Assembly: GCF_006345805.1 (NCBI RefSeq)
Contig: NC_043002.1
Span: 85,188,001-85,252,000 of the forward strand
Source: Octopus sinensis
Taxonomy: Eukaryota
Direction: 5' to 3'
DNA length: 64,000 nucleotides
The position numbers were made by a program, and so were the translations under genes. The notes below the pieces were generated by a model. The model did not search any database and was not told the origin of the DNA. It saw only the letters and a program-made list of their open reading frames with translations. Positions within the stretch are counted from its first letter, which is position 1, and every line of letters starts with the position of its first letter. This document shows, piece after piece, positions 22,395 to 35,558 of this stretch.

Positions 22395-23736
22395 GTGTCT
22401 TCAAAAAATATTATAATTGAAACGAAGAAGCTCTCCGAGCTTTTTGAGAGAATGAAAGAGGGTGGGGATATAAAGATCTCACCCTCCCCTAGTGCTAAAA
22501 ATTTGAAGAGAAGGACACTCGTTTACAAAACGTACTGTCCTTCATCGAAGAAATTCAAGCACTTCGAAAAGTGCGAAATAGAAAAATGCCTGGCCCCTAT
22601 ATGGAAAGATATAAAATACATAGCGAGGGGCCGGGCATATGGAATAATAAAGGCCAGCTTCGAGACGGCCGAAAAAGCACAAAAGCACTCAGTGAGTCCT
22701 CTAAAAACGAAGGAGGTGGTGCTGCTCCCAACATACATGGGAAGGAGAACAGCAAGCGTCCTAATAAACGACGTACCACCAGAAATTGAGGCAAGGGAGG
22801 TGATGGCCGCCCTGTTGTATAACAGGACTGACAAAAATCACCTTCCTCCAAATTACATGCACTGCCCCACAAAATTGGCATGGGCAGAGCATCTCTGCGA
22901 TTATTCAAGGAACGCAACAAGACATCGAAATGTTGCCAGAAAGAGTGCTCTTGAGGGAAGATATTGACCTCAAGATTCAAGTAGAGGGCAAAAAGCCCAC
23001 GTGTTTCGAATGTGGTAAAAAAAGGCCACATTCGTGTAGACTGTGAAATATGGAAAAAAAGAAAATAAGTGCGCAGACATCAGGCCCTTCAACTACAGAA
23101 AAAGACCCCCAACCCGCACACAAATTAGCCCCCACAGAAACAAATACTCCCACCCCACCATCTGTAGCACCCGCTCCCAAACAAAACACCCCAAAGCCCC
23201 AGGCCATGCACACACCGGTTCCGACAGAAACAAATGCACCCACTCCCTCTGAAGTAACAACTCCTCTGGAAGATACCATGGAGGTGACTTTAGGGTGAGT
23301 TCAAGACACCCAGGAAAAAAAGTACACATGCACCTTCCCCATCCATATCCCCCAGAAAGAAAAAAGAAGAAAAACAGCATACCACAGAGAAAAAAGATCC
23401 CGCTCCACTGTTCCAGAAGAGAAAATAAAAAAGAACAAAGATGGAACAAAAACCCTGGTAAAGTTTGATACCGGGGATAAATATATTATGGACATTTTAA
23501 AAAAGCACCACACCGTGGAGCTGTTGCAGCAGCCCGATGGCACAGAAGAGAGATGTGCGTGGATATCAGAAAAATTGTATAATGAAATGAAGTGTAGGCA
23601 TCCGAGGACCATCACGAACATCCCGGACCTTCCGCGGTATTTGAAGGAGTTTTTGAAGGAGCAGGAGAAAAGGACTGCCTCATCTGTGGTGAGGTCAGCC
23701 CCAGCATCACCAATAAAAGAAAAAGTTAAAGAGTAA
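22395..23736 (+). pseudogene. Tx1 ORF1 remnant (frameshifted)
   Basis: C-F-E-C-G-K-K-(+1)-G-H-I-R-V-D-C at 23002-23044, followed by a P/T-rich segment. Confidence 0.7.
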
Positions 23737-23765
23737 GTAGAACCCTTGCTTTTCTTTTGTTTTAA

Positions 23766-26700
23766 ATGACTGCACTTAACCTTGGGTGTTTGAATGTGCG
23801 TGGTCTGAGCTCGAAGTGGAAGCCAGCTTGTTTCCCCGACGACCTCAGATCACACGATATGCATGTATTGGTTGCTACAGAGACCAAGCTGGACAGTCTA
23901 CAAACCTTCTCGCCCCTCTTGAATGACTATGAGAAAATCATGTCTCCTAGCCGGACCGGAGGCCGAGGGGGTGTAGTAGTACTGGCTCGAAAAGGCTTGG
24001 CGCTGCAGACAAATTCAGTCTATGTAGACCCAGAAGGTGGGCTGGTCGTCCTTGATGTGACATACAGCAGTAAGGACTTCAGGTTGATCGGGATCTATGC
24101 ACCTTGTGCTAGAGGATTTCAAACTGATTTTTATCGGCGCCTAGAGAATTTTCTCGTGACGTCGAAGATATTAATGGTGTTAGGTGACTATAACGCTATT
24201 GTTGATGCGCGCATCGATAGCGTTGGCTCGATCTATAGGAAAGTAAAATCACGTCGCGTGGATCTGCTCAAGCGGTTACAGCTGGCGGTTCGTTACAGAC
24301 TTGACCATCCGAACGTCCCAGAGTGGACCTGGATGAGTGGCGACGGAAGGTTCAAGTCCTATTTAGATAGGATAGTGATAAGAACTGGAGATAAATCTAG
24401 TTTTAGCTGTCCACAGCTTGTCCAAGTAGCATACACTGACCATAGAATGGTTAAGTGTAGACTGGACATAGATAGTACAGTTAAGAGAGGATCCGGCTAC
24501 TGGAAACTGAACAAGACTATTTTGACTTGCGAAGCATACCGTAGCCGAATTGAGGAATTAGTACAGAGGGCGTTAATTAGTACAGAAGGCGTTCGCCCTG
24601 AAGAGAGCCATTCATTTTGAGTCTATTAGATTTAGCTGTCAGCTAAGACTAGATAAGACCAGAATAGAAGGGCAACTAGTTAAGGACCAAGAGGAGGCGT
24701 TGAAGTTGGGCTCTGCATCTCACATTTTGGCAGCCAGAATGGCCTTGGACAGTCACCTCAAAGCCAAACATGAGGGGTGCAGAGTTCGGGCTAAAATGCG
24801 CGCATTAGGCCGTGAGGGAATTAATGTTGCCGGATGGGCCCCGTACGGTAGAAACCCAGCGTGGCAATTATGCCACAATTAGGTCTTTCGTGGATGACAA
24901 TGGGAGTTCGGTCGATGGACGGGACGAGATGTGTGAGGCGATTCACAAGCACTTTGCCGAGTTGCTTGGGAGTAGCGGGGCGCTGGATCATGGCGAGGCC
25001 CTTAGGGACTTCCTCTCTGGCGGCCCGCGTCTCTCGGCACGAGAGACTGAGTGTTGTGAAGGGCTAATCACGGCTGAGGAGGTAATCGAGGTACTGGGCG
25101 GATGCCCCGGGGAGAAGTCGCCGGATCTCGATGGTCTGCCTTATGAATTTTACAAAACTATGCCAGACTTGTTCGGGCACCTGCTGGCCAGCGTCTACGC
25201 CAATTGGCAGCAGAATAGGAGAATTCCCAAGTCTGCGAGCCGGAGGGTGGTAGGGGGAAGAGATAGGGAACTTCAGGCCCATAACTCTGCTGAACACAGA
25301 GTTAAAGATTTTGGCCAAGGTGATTGCGAAAAGGTTGGCGCGGGTCGTGGACAAACTTGTCGAGGAAGCGCAAACGTGCGCTATCCCGAGCAGGACGATC
25401 CACGACAATCTCCACCTTATACGCTACTCCTTAGAGGGTGGGGAAGCTTGCTGGCGCGGGGGGGGGCACTGGTACATTTAGACCAGTCTAAGGCATTCAA
25501 TAGGGTCGACCATCGGTACTTGGCGGCGGTCCTCGAGAAGGTTGGCCTGGGCCCGACCTTCCGGGGTTGGATTGCTGCGTTGTACAGCGACATCGAGTCC
25601 GTCGTGAAAGTGAATGGTTTCCTTTCGAAACCATTCAGGATCGAGCGCTCAGTGCGTCAGGGGTGTCCCCTGTCCGCACCTTTGTATGTACTGGCTCTCG
25701 AGCCATTATTGCGGAAGTTGGAGGCACTAGGGGGCGCACCGCATGATCTATGGTGTGGAAGAGAAGCTACGGCGTATGCGGATGACATCTCCATCATCGT
25801 GGCGGATGAGGGTCAGCTTCCAGTGGTGGAAGAGGCTATCAAAAGTTACGAGGCGGTGGCAGGAGCAAAGCTTAACAAGGACAAGTCAATTGGTTTGCAG
25901 CTTGGCACCTGGAGGGGCAAGCCGATGCCGTCCAATAACGTCGTGGGGCGTTGGACGGAAGGTCCTGTTAAGCTGCTCGGAGTCTGGTTCGGGCCAGACC
26001 TCCAGATAGAGAAAAATTGGAGTGAGGTGGCCAGCAAGGTGACTGCTCCAACCCAGACTTGGTCTGGACGGGCGTTATCCTTGCTAGGAAAGGCGGAGGT
26101 GGTGCAGATGTTTATAGCGTCGGTTATCACCTACCGTCTGATTGTGGTGCCTTACCCCGATTTGTGGCTGAACAAGTTGGAGAGAATCCTTTTCCACTTT
26201 TTGTGGAAGGGAGGAAAGCCACTTGTGAAGCGCTCTGTCTGCTGCCAGAAACCGCTAAAGGGTGGACTAGGGATGCCTTGGCTGAGGATGCCAAAATTCG
26301 TGTTAAGGTTAAGGCACCTCTGGCTTTACCTGGATGGAGAACAGGTGTGGTCACTGCACGCTCGGTTCTACCTTCCGCAATTAACGTCCTTAACGGACAT
26401 TGGCAATTGGATCAAGCAGAGACCTAGGCTGGGGGACTGGTAATTGGAGTGCCGCCAGGCACTTCAGCTACTCTCTCGGGCGGGCAATTCCGGCAACAAG
26501 TGTTCCACCGCGGATTTCTATAGCGGGTTAGTAGAAGTCCGAAGACGCCTTGGGGGAGACCCTGGGCTAAGATGAAAATCAGTTAATCAACCTGTTCTGG
26601 AGAACTTTCGGGCCGGGGTATCTGGATAATTACCAGAAATCCCTGGCTTGGTAGTGCTTCCGTGCGGCGTTACCTGTTCGTGATAAACTGTCAAGGCACG

Positions 26701-27122
26701 GAAGTGCCGTCTCGCCGACATGTCCGAGGTGCAGGCAGGACAGGGAAACCGTCTTGCACGCATTTGTGGAATGTCCGCAATTAACGGGACTGATGGTTTT
26801 CGCAGAGCAACTGTTGTCATCGATGGGAAGTGTACAGCTATCAGCTGAATCTATCATCGAGATTGTGGCGCCTCCTTCCCTTAACAGGGAAAAGAAGGCT
26901 TGTTTTTTCTGCGTAGTAGTCATACTGAAAGAAACAGTATGGAAAACGCGTGTGAGAGGCATATTGTCGGGTACCTTTGTATCCGGCCAGGGGTTGGTTA
27001 ACATTTTTAGTTACCACCTCAGTAATACGATCAGGCTGGAGAAAAGGTACCTGTCACGAGACAGATTCATGAGAAGATGGAAGCTTGTGGCGAGGAAGCT
27101 GGGAGTGTTTGGCACCAGGTAA
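23766..27122 (+). pseudogene. Tx1 ORF2 remnant (APE endonuclease, RT, zinc ribbon), with several frameshifts and stops
   Basis: NVRGL, LVATET, LGDYNA, TDH, GYWKLN; SPDLDGLPYEFYK, LDQSKAF, RQGCPLS, AYADDI; CPRC..ETVLHAFVECP at ~26721. Confidence 0.9.
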
Positions 27123-27376
27123 GTGGAAGCCAAAAACAGGAAAGAAAATGCAGGGGTTCTACCCTGGTGGTCGGATGCCTATCCTTCAGAGAAACCATTA
27201 CAAATTTCATTTGTAATGAGCAACGCTTAAGTCAAAAGTTATAAACATATTTATTAAATTATTGTATATTTTAAATTGTAAATATTTAATCGCTACAGCT
27301 ACATCACCCTTTTATGTTTGTCCGTTCTTGTTCGCCCCCTCTTTGTAAAGCCTTCATGGCAAATATTTATGAAATA

Positions 27377-27780
27377 AAGTAGCTTGCTTACGAACCACAT
27401 GGTTCCGGGTTCATTCCCACTGCGTGGCACCTTGGGCAAGTGTCTTCTACTATAGTCTCGGGCCGACCAAAGCCTTGTGAGTGGATTTGGTAGACGGAAA
27501 GTGAAAGAAGCCCGTCGTATATATGTATATATATATGTATGTGTGTGTATATGTTTGTGTGTCTGTGTTTGTCCCCATAACATCGCTTGACAACCGATGC
27601 TGGCGTGTTTATATCCCTTTGCCGTAACTTAGCGGTTCCGCAAAAGAGACCGATAGAATAAGTACTAGGCTTACAAAGAATAAGTCCTGGGGTCAATTTG
27701 CTCGACTAATGGCGGTGCTCCAGCATGGCCACCGTCAAATGACTGAAGCAAGTAGAAGAGTAAAAGAGAGAGAGAGAGTA
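27377..27780 (+). mobile_element. Remainder of the CORE-type SINE interrupted by Tx1
   Basis: gaaccacatggttccgggttcattccc...gactgaagcaagtagaaga, same family as 17288-17688. Confidence 0.85.
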
Positions 27781-28329
27781 AAAGTAGAACCGCCCAATGA
27801 ACTTACACGACTTTTCTTATAATATGAGAGTAGAATATATCTCAAGAATACAACTTCTTTTAGACCATGGGCTAGTGAGGGGGGGGGGGTCACGATTCAC
27901 CCCCCCTATCCCTTGTGATTTACTTTAATGGGTATTTTAATGTAACCCTAGGTCTAACAAGTCAGAAATTTGATGCTGCCAGCAAAAAAGAAGCTGGGAT
28001 GGAAGACACCCACCATGGACTTTTTGAACATGGCCACTTTTACAGCTGGAGGCAGAAAATTAGGGGTATGGAAAAATCAGACAGCTCTAACTTTGCAAAT
28101 GACCACTTAAAATGATTGCCTGGTCAAGATCTACAAGTTCATGCAAATGATCAGCAAATTTATTCCGTAAAAAGGTCACCAGAGGTCAAAAGGTCAGGAA
28201 CTTTGACCTTTACCTAAAACTTTACCTATAATCTGTTGTGTCTGGGGAGAGTAATTTTCTCTTTGTGTCTTATAATTTAACTGCATTCACAGGCTTTATC
28301 TTTCACCAAGACCATATAACGTTTTTTTT

Positions 28330-28744
28330 GGATCTTTTCGGTTTGAACGGCAGTTTTTAACATAATTTCTAGGTAACTAAAAAATTTTAAACTTCGTATA
28401 CTGGTAGAATGTGTTTATAAAACATCTTTTTCTCTTGGCTCTATTGAGAAAATTCTATAGTTTGTAAGATATTTGTTGCTATTTTTCTTCAATTTCTGCA
28501 ATTTCAACCAATCACTGACGTCCATTGAGGTAAAAAACATTCTGTGCCGTATGAATATGTCCCTCGTTTAAGAAGCAGATTGGGTTTATTTACATTTGTG
28601 AAGAAAAAAGATACCCTTCCCCCACCCCTAACCCTAACCCTAAAACAGATTGAAATACAATAGATCGATACTAGGGTCATAATTACGGGTGACAATTTCA
28701 TGTGGCACCGCTAGAAAAAACTGCCGTTCAAACCGAAAAGATCC
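28330..28744. mobile_element. GGATC-terminal MITE (same superfamily as 20183) with (CCCTAA)n
   Basis: GGATCTTTTCGGTTTGAACGGCAG / CTGCCGTTCAAACCGAAAAGATCC. No matching TSD in this copy. Confidence 0.75.
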
Positions 28745-28989
28745 GTGGTACTTTGGAATCTTTCCTCGAATCCTTGCAAATGACCAAAGAAGATAATATT
28801 TGGAGTTGACCTATAAAAGGAAACATCAAATTATGCCAATATTTTTCATCAAAGGGGTTGTTGAAATTAAAGTAAACAGAAGTTGACCATGCCTACACCA
28901 TAGCAGTTTGTTATACATGATTGTTATGAAATGTGCCATATAAAATGAAATGTGTCACATAAACCTTCTTCGTGGAAGAAGGTTTATGT

Positions 28990-29390
28990 TCCTATAACCT
29001 GTGTTAATTCTGTAACCCTTTAAAATGGAAGATAAGAAAATTCATTTTCGGCACTTGATGCTTTGGGAACCAGACAAAAATTTCTGCAGCTCCATATTCA
29101 CCAGATATTGCTCCTTCGGATTTCCACTTATTCAGGTCTCTGCAGAATAGTCTTATTGGTAAAAATTTCAATTCCTTGGATGACGTAAAAAGATACCTTG
29201 ATGAATTCTTTGCGATGAAACCACCTCAATTCTGAGAAGTGGGTATTTTCAAGTTAAAGGAAAGATGGAGACGCATTGTGCAAGAAAATGGTTGATATTT
29301 GGTTGATTAAAAATGTAATGGCATGTATTTATTGATCTTTTTCTTTCCTTTGAAATAAAGTTCGGCACGAACTTTCCGGACAACCCAATA
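28990..29390 (+). mobile_element. Internally deleted mariner
   Basis: MEDKKIHFRHLMLWE joined to PYSPDIAPSDFHLFRSLQN...W...NG. Right TIR ...ccggacaacccaata. Confidence 0.75.
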
Positions 29391-30427
29391 CTTTCCCTTG
29401 ACTATCATAACCCAAGTCTGTGATCTTTGATATTGAAAACGAGTATCAATAAATTGGCTGTTCGCTTCTGCGCAAACTCTTGACCACACAGAATATTATT
29501 CTTCTTTATGTTTTATCATCTAATGTTTTTTTCAGTATACAGAGAACATAATTTATGTAATTAATTTCGATTTGGTAGCCAACTAAAAGTTTTCTCCATA
29601 TAATAAAACATATATCATCAATTCAACAGAGTAATTTCACTGAGTTTTCGGTGAAATTAGTCCGTTAGTCTGAAGGTCGATTGCAATTTACAAGAGGAAT
29701 TATTAAAGGTATGAGATTTTCCTGTTATCAGAACATGGTAAAGTTTCAGGATTTCCCGACAGCCACAGCTGAATCGTTAAAACATTTCCAATATTAATTG
29801 GACGATTATAAACTTGGAACTCTTAAAATTCATTTTGCATTGATAAACTGATAAAAGAGAAATATAGGAAATCTATTATTACTCGTTGAAAATCTGATCA
29901 AGTATTGTACATTTTGTGATATTGCACTTTCACGGCACTTCACTGTCTTCGCTTCCCTTAAGTACCTACTTTAAATGTCATAACCAATATCCAATTCCTG
30001 AATCCAATCATGCTGCACCAGGAATCTCCATGACTCGTTTATTCTATTCCTGTAACATGTCTTGGTAGTGTTACGAACTTTCTTCTCCACAATGTCAGAG
30101 ATCAGCTAAATCAATCAGCGTCACGTTATATACTATTGCAATCTAAATGCTATATACTGTTGCAATCTAAACGTTAAAGGTAATGTATAAAAGCTTCCCT
30201 TCTAGCAAAAGTAGAAGCTATTGTTATCTGAAACTGAAAACGAGAGTATGTTATTTGCATAAGCTTGAAGTTGAACATCTACTAATACGATTGGTAGCGT
30301 GTTTCCCTCTCTCTGTTTGTCTGCCCTATCCCTGACACGCGCTTTGAAAGCAATTAACTGTCATGACACTTTTATTATATCTCTGTTTCTTTAACACATT
30401 GACAGTCATATGAATATTGAGCAGATA

Positions 30428-31573
30428 CAGGGGCTGGTCAAAATAATGGAAACACCTTAAAATTTCAAACAAATTTATTTTAATATGGGGTAGGACTGCC
30501 TTTGGCAGTAATTACAACTTGAATTCTACGAGGTATGGACTCGTACAAAGTTTGAATTGTTTCCAAAGGAATTTTTGCTCATTCTTCAGCTAAAACAGTC
30601 TCCAGTTTTTGTAGTGACGATGGTGTAGGATATCGACTCCTTACTTGTTTTTCTAAAATGCATCGCCAGGACTTTTTTTAAGCCTAGTACTATTGGAATC
30701 TTTTGCCGAACCGCTAAGTTACAGTGACTGAAGTAGCCAAATAAGATGTTCAACTTCACTAGAATGTTCCTCGTACCATTCAGTAACAACTTTAGCTGTA
30801 TGAATTGGTGCATTATCATCATGAAAGCTTGTGTTTCCCTCTGGAAACAGTTCCGCAACCATAGGATGAATTTGATAAGACAAAATGCTTAGTCTCCACA
30901 CGTATACTCGGCCGGTGGTCGAAAGTAAAGTAAAGGATGACTCGTTCGAGAAAATGACATTCTCTAGGGACCAATTCTGTAGGTTTTTATTTCACTCTAA
31001 ACACTTTTCAACGTCTGTTTTTGAAAGTAGTGGTTTTCTGATTGCAGCCCTCCCGTGAAATCCGGCTTTGTGCAGCTCTTGGCGAACAGTTTTTGTGGAA
31101 ACTGGATTCTCGAGGTGGTCATTAAGCTCTGCAGTAATTTTGAAAGCTGTACTTTTGTGATCATTTCTAACAATTCTCGTAAGAGTCCGACGGTCCCTGT
31201 CTGAAAGTTTTCTTTTGGAGTTTTGCTTCGACGATGAGGTTTTTTCCCTCTCTTTCTCAAAGATTTCCTTACATTCGAGACAGTACTTCTTAATACACCA
31301 AATATTTCGGCTGTTTTCGTTACGCTAGCGCCTGCCATACCAGCACTAACAATTTGACCTCTTTGAAAGTCTGATAGATCTGTCATTTTAATGAATTTTT
31401 ATTACCCTTTTCTGATGACCTCTGAAAAGAAACAGCAATTTTAGCAAACCATTAAGCAACACTAATAACAAATAAAAAAAAAACAAAATAAACAAGTTTT
31501 TGACGGTTTTATAGATATTTAAAAATTATGATGCTATGATGCTAGGTGTTTTCATTATTTTGTCCAACCCCTG
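30428..31573 (-). mobile_element. Degenerate Tc1 element with TA TSD
   Basis: TIR caggggctggtcaaaataatggaaacacct / aggtgttttcattattttgtccaacccctg. MTDLSDFQRGQIV HTH and FHDDNAPIH motifs. Confidence 0.85.
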
Positions 31574-31635
31574 TATGCACATTAACTGCCCACGAATATA
31601 TTGTATGTAGTTATGTATGTATATTCTATTATTTA

Positions 31636-32021
31636 TCTCTCTCTATATAAAGCTGAAGTTGTCTGTGTATGGCAGGTTTGGTAGTCTTCAATTAACACTA
31701 TTTCCTTCGAGAGACCCTGCGGCGCAAGTTGACCAAAATTGGGAGTATGATAGAAGGCTTGCTCTTCCTTCCATAGAAACTTCAAATCGGACCATGTTAA
31801 GACCAAAAATTATTTACACCAAAAAGGTGCTTTTTTTCTATGAAAATCCCTACTTTTTACGATTTTTTGACTGCTGTGTCGCCATTTTTCGGTGTATTTC
31901 AACCAGAAAAATGTTCACTTAAAGAGAATAACAAGCTACATAATGCAAAATTTTTACTTTTCAAAAATTCCAATTCTATAAGGTCGAAACAAACCCGAGC
32001 AACGCCGGGCGATACTGCTAG
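31636..32021 (+). mobile_element. Non-autonomous Helitron
   Basis: A|TC start. Subterminal hairpin cccgagcaacgccggg. CTAG|T end. Confidence 0.75.
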
Positions 32022-32079
32022 TTAAATGATAAAGAGAAACGTGTTTTATTGGCAACCATTGCATTACGGAAGCGTTGCG

Positions 32080-32476
32080 GGATCTTTTCGGTTTGAACGG
32101 CAGTTTTTAACATAATTTCTAGGTAACAAAAAAATTTTAAACTTCGTATATTGGTAGAATGTGTTTATAAAACATTTTTTTCTCATGGCTTTATTGAGAA
32201 AATTCTATAGTTTGTATGATATTTGTTTTTTTCTTCAATTTCTGCAATTTAAACCAATCAAATACGTCTATTGAGGTAAAAAACATTCTGTGCCGTATGA
32301 ATATGTCCCTCGTTTAAGAAACATTGGGTTTATTTACATTTGTGAAGAAAAAAAGATACCCTTCCCTAACCCTAAAACAGATTGAAATGCAATAGATCGA
32401 TACTAGGGTCATAATTATGGGTGACAATTTCATATGACACCGCTAGAAAAAACTGCCGTTCAAACCGAAAAGATCC
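32080..32476. mobile_element. GGATC-terminal MITE with 8-bp TSD
   Basis: Near-identical to 28330-28744. TSD GCGTTGCG on both sides. Confidence 0.85.
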
Positions 32477-33425
32477 GCGTTGCGTTCATGAAAAACTCGA
32501 GTTAACGCGGAGTTCCGTAATGCGAAACACATATTCTCTTTGACGTCTACGCAACAGAAGGCAATGAAATATATGTTTCTCGTTATGGAACTCCAAAATA
32601 TGGCGAGCTTCTGTAACGCGGGGGATGATTGGAGATCAAGTTCTGCTTCTAGTAAGTTAACAACTGTAAAACTGAATATTTATTCTCAGTAGATATGCAA
32701 AGGGTACTCATTAGGTTGAATATGATTAAAAGGACGATGGAGTGACAAACGCGTTCTAGTTGTCGAACAAAATGTTATGCTGTATTTAGTTACGGTATTT
32801 TACGTTGTGTTCAAATCTCGCCGTGGACGGCTTTACATTTTATTTTTGGTATAGTGCTAGATTGGCAGAATCATAAAGTGTTCGACAAAGCGCGCTTTAT
32901 GTGTGTGTGTGTGTGTGTGTGCGCGTGTGTGCGTGTGTTGTAATTTATTTCACTGGTATTTTCGAAATGTTCCGACATTTTATGCGATAAACATTTATTG
33001 TTAGAGACGAAATTCCCCCCCCCCTACACCTACCCATCAACTCACCCACCCTCCAAATAAATAAATAAATAAATAAATAAATAAATGACACAGTCTCTTC
33101 CGTTATTATTTCGAAGACAACAACTTTAGGAATCGTGTCATGATAAAAAGAAAAAAAAAAAAAAGTAATTCTATTTGTCTCGTCACGTAATAGAAGTCTG
33201 ACAATATCGACAGTAAATCTACATTGCACAGAAAATACTATGGAATTACAACATACAACAAATAAACTTATTTTTCCAGATATCATTTTTCAGTCAAATC
33301 TGATGATATCTATTTGCGAAGCAGATTTCTGTAGAGAGCGAATGGTATATTTCTCAAGACATTATATTCAAGAAGAATAAACGGTTCGACGTCTCGCAGA
33401 AATTATATTGTTAGTCCGACTAGAC

Positions 33426-33466
<41 letters not shown>

Positions 33467-33902
33467 ATATGTATAGGTATGTGTATATGTATAGAAATGT
33501 ATATTTATATGTGTGTATACACACACACACACACACACACATGTCTTTTCATAAGTTCTGTCTCTGGATTTCCGTTATAACTTTATGCATATTTATGGCT
33601 GCCCTTTCAACCATTTATATGAACGTGTTATTCATTGGTTTTGCCGTTATTGTTGTCGTTTGTATCTGAAAAAACATATCTCGTAACAAACGGAGTTCCG
33701 AAATAAAATAAACGTCTCTAACATTTTGTATACTAAACAATAATTTGCGAGCAGGAAAAATATTAAATTATATTTTTGCAGACAACCCTTCCCCAACTTA
33801 CATTGGCTGGTGGTCCTCCGCACGATATCCGAACGGGTATTGCCAGTAAAGATGAAAAATGAAAACCAGGTGTTTAATGACAGAACGCAATTTAAATGGA
33901 TA

Positions 33903-33991
<89 letters not shown>

Positions 33992-34007
33992 TAATAATAA
34001 TAATAAC
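33903..34007. repeat. (TAA)n target array
   Basis: Direct inspection. Confidence 0.95.
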
Positions 34008-35350
34008 AACACTAAATGAACTGACCAAAATAGATAGGAAAACAAGAAAAATAATGACAGGATCTAGGATGCATCACCCAAAATCTGACATAGAAAGACT
34101 ATATATACAACGTATAGAAGGTGGTAGAGGCCTTATACAGCTGGAAAACTACTATAAAATAACCACCATAGGACTGCAAAAATATCTACTTCAGAAAGAA
34201 GGAAAACTGATACAAATAGCGGCAAAATACGAGCAAAACAAAAAACTGTTCTCGGTATTTAAGGAAGCTGACAAATACAAACAAGAAATCATACCACCTA
34301 ATAAATATGAAGAAGAAGAAGAAGAAGAAGAAGAAGAAGAAGAAGAAGAAGAAGAAGAAGAAGAAGGAGGAGGAGGAGGAGGAGGAGAAGAAGAAGAAGA
34401 AGAAGATAAAGAAACAACAAAAGCTATAAAACAAATGAAATCCAAACTAAAAATAGAACAGCAACGAACCATGATAAAACGATGGCAAGAAAAGCCCCTT
34501 CATGGTAAATACTGGACTAAACTAAACGCAAAAGAAATAGACAAAGAAAAATCCCAGCAATGGTTGAGAAGCTTAAGACTCAAAGCAGAGACAGAGGGAT
34601 TTTTAATTGCAGCACAAGACCAAAGCCTCCTCACCAGAAATTACCAAAAACATGTAATGAAAAGAAATATAATAAGTAACTTCAGAATATGTGGAGATGG
34701 ACAAGAAACAATAAATCATATTATCTCTAGCTGCCCAGTCCTGGCTAAGAAGGAATATATTCACAGACATGTCAGAGTTGGAACCTACATACACTGGAAG
34801 CTATGCCAACATTATGGAATAACAACAGAAAAAAGATGGTATAGGCACACACCAGAAAAGGTCACAGAAAACGAGAAAGCAGCCATACTCTGGGATATGC
34901 CGATACACACAGATAGAGAAATTAAGGCCAACAGGCCAGATATAGTTGTCAGAGATCATGAAGAAAAAAAATGCTTTCTAATTGATGTATCAATACCGGC
35001 AGATGACAACGTCTCTTTAAAAGAAATGGAGAAACTTTCAAAATACAAAGACCTGGAAATAGAGGTAACCAGAATGTGGAATCTAAAAACAGAAACAATT
35101 CCTATCATAGTAGGTGCATTAGGCATGATAAAAAATATTCAGACAAATACATAACAAAAACACCAGGACTTACAAACACATATAACATACAGAAAATTGC
35201 ACTACTAGGCACTGCACACATCCTACACAGAACACTTTCCATACGATAACCATCAGAGCATCACAACAAATCACAGCACATACCCAAGGCACACAGAGCT
35301 GCGCTCGGTAGTGAAGTGAAAGCACGCTATAAAAATAAAACTACCGAAAA
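34008..35350 (+). mobile_element. 5'-truncated R4/Dong-clade non-LTR retrotransposon (RT end, CCHC, restriction-like endonuclease)
   Basis: IDRKTRK, LYIQRIEGGRGL, CRICG..ETINHIISSC, RHVRV, RPDIV..LIDVSIP, EKLSKY. Flanked by (TAA)n. A 1-bp frameshift near 35135 hides the natural end ...LLGTAHILHRTLSIR*. Confidence 0.85.
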
Positions 35351-35363
35351 TAATAATAATAAT

Positions 35364-35485
35364 CCTACGCAGAACACTTTCCATACAATAATCATCAGAG
35401 CATCACAACAAATCACAGCACATACCCAAAGCACACAGAGCTGCGCTCGGTAGTGAAGTGAAAGCATGCTATAAACATAAAACTA

Positions 35486-35490
<5 letters not shown>
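35364..35490 (+). mobile_element. Second, very short 3'-end copy of the same Dong-like element
   Basis: Repeats 35222-35350 with a few substitutions and is followed by (TAA)n to ~35555. Confidence 0.85.

Positions 35491-35555
<65 letters not shown>

Positions 35556-35558
<3 letters not shown>

Larger units (their letters stand above)
21611..27376 (+). mobile_element. Full-length degenerate Tx1/L1-group LINE (5.77 kb)
   Basis: 15-bp TSD AAGTAGCTTGCTTAC (21596-21610 and 27377-27391). ORF1 with a CCHC knuckle. ORF2 with APE, RT and C-terminal CxxC..H..C. Confidence 0.9.

Noticed and set aside
22523-27004. Minus-strand ORFs overlapping the Tx1 element
   Set aside because: Antisense shadows of GC-richer coding sequence with no recognisable motifs.
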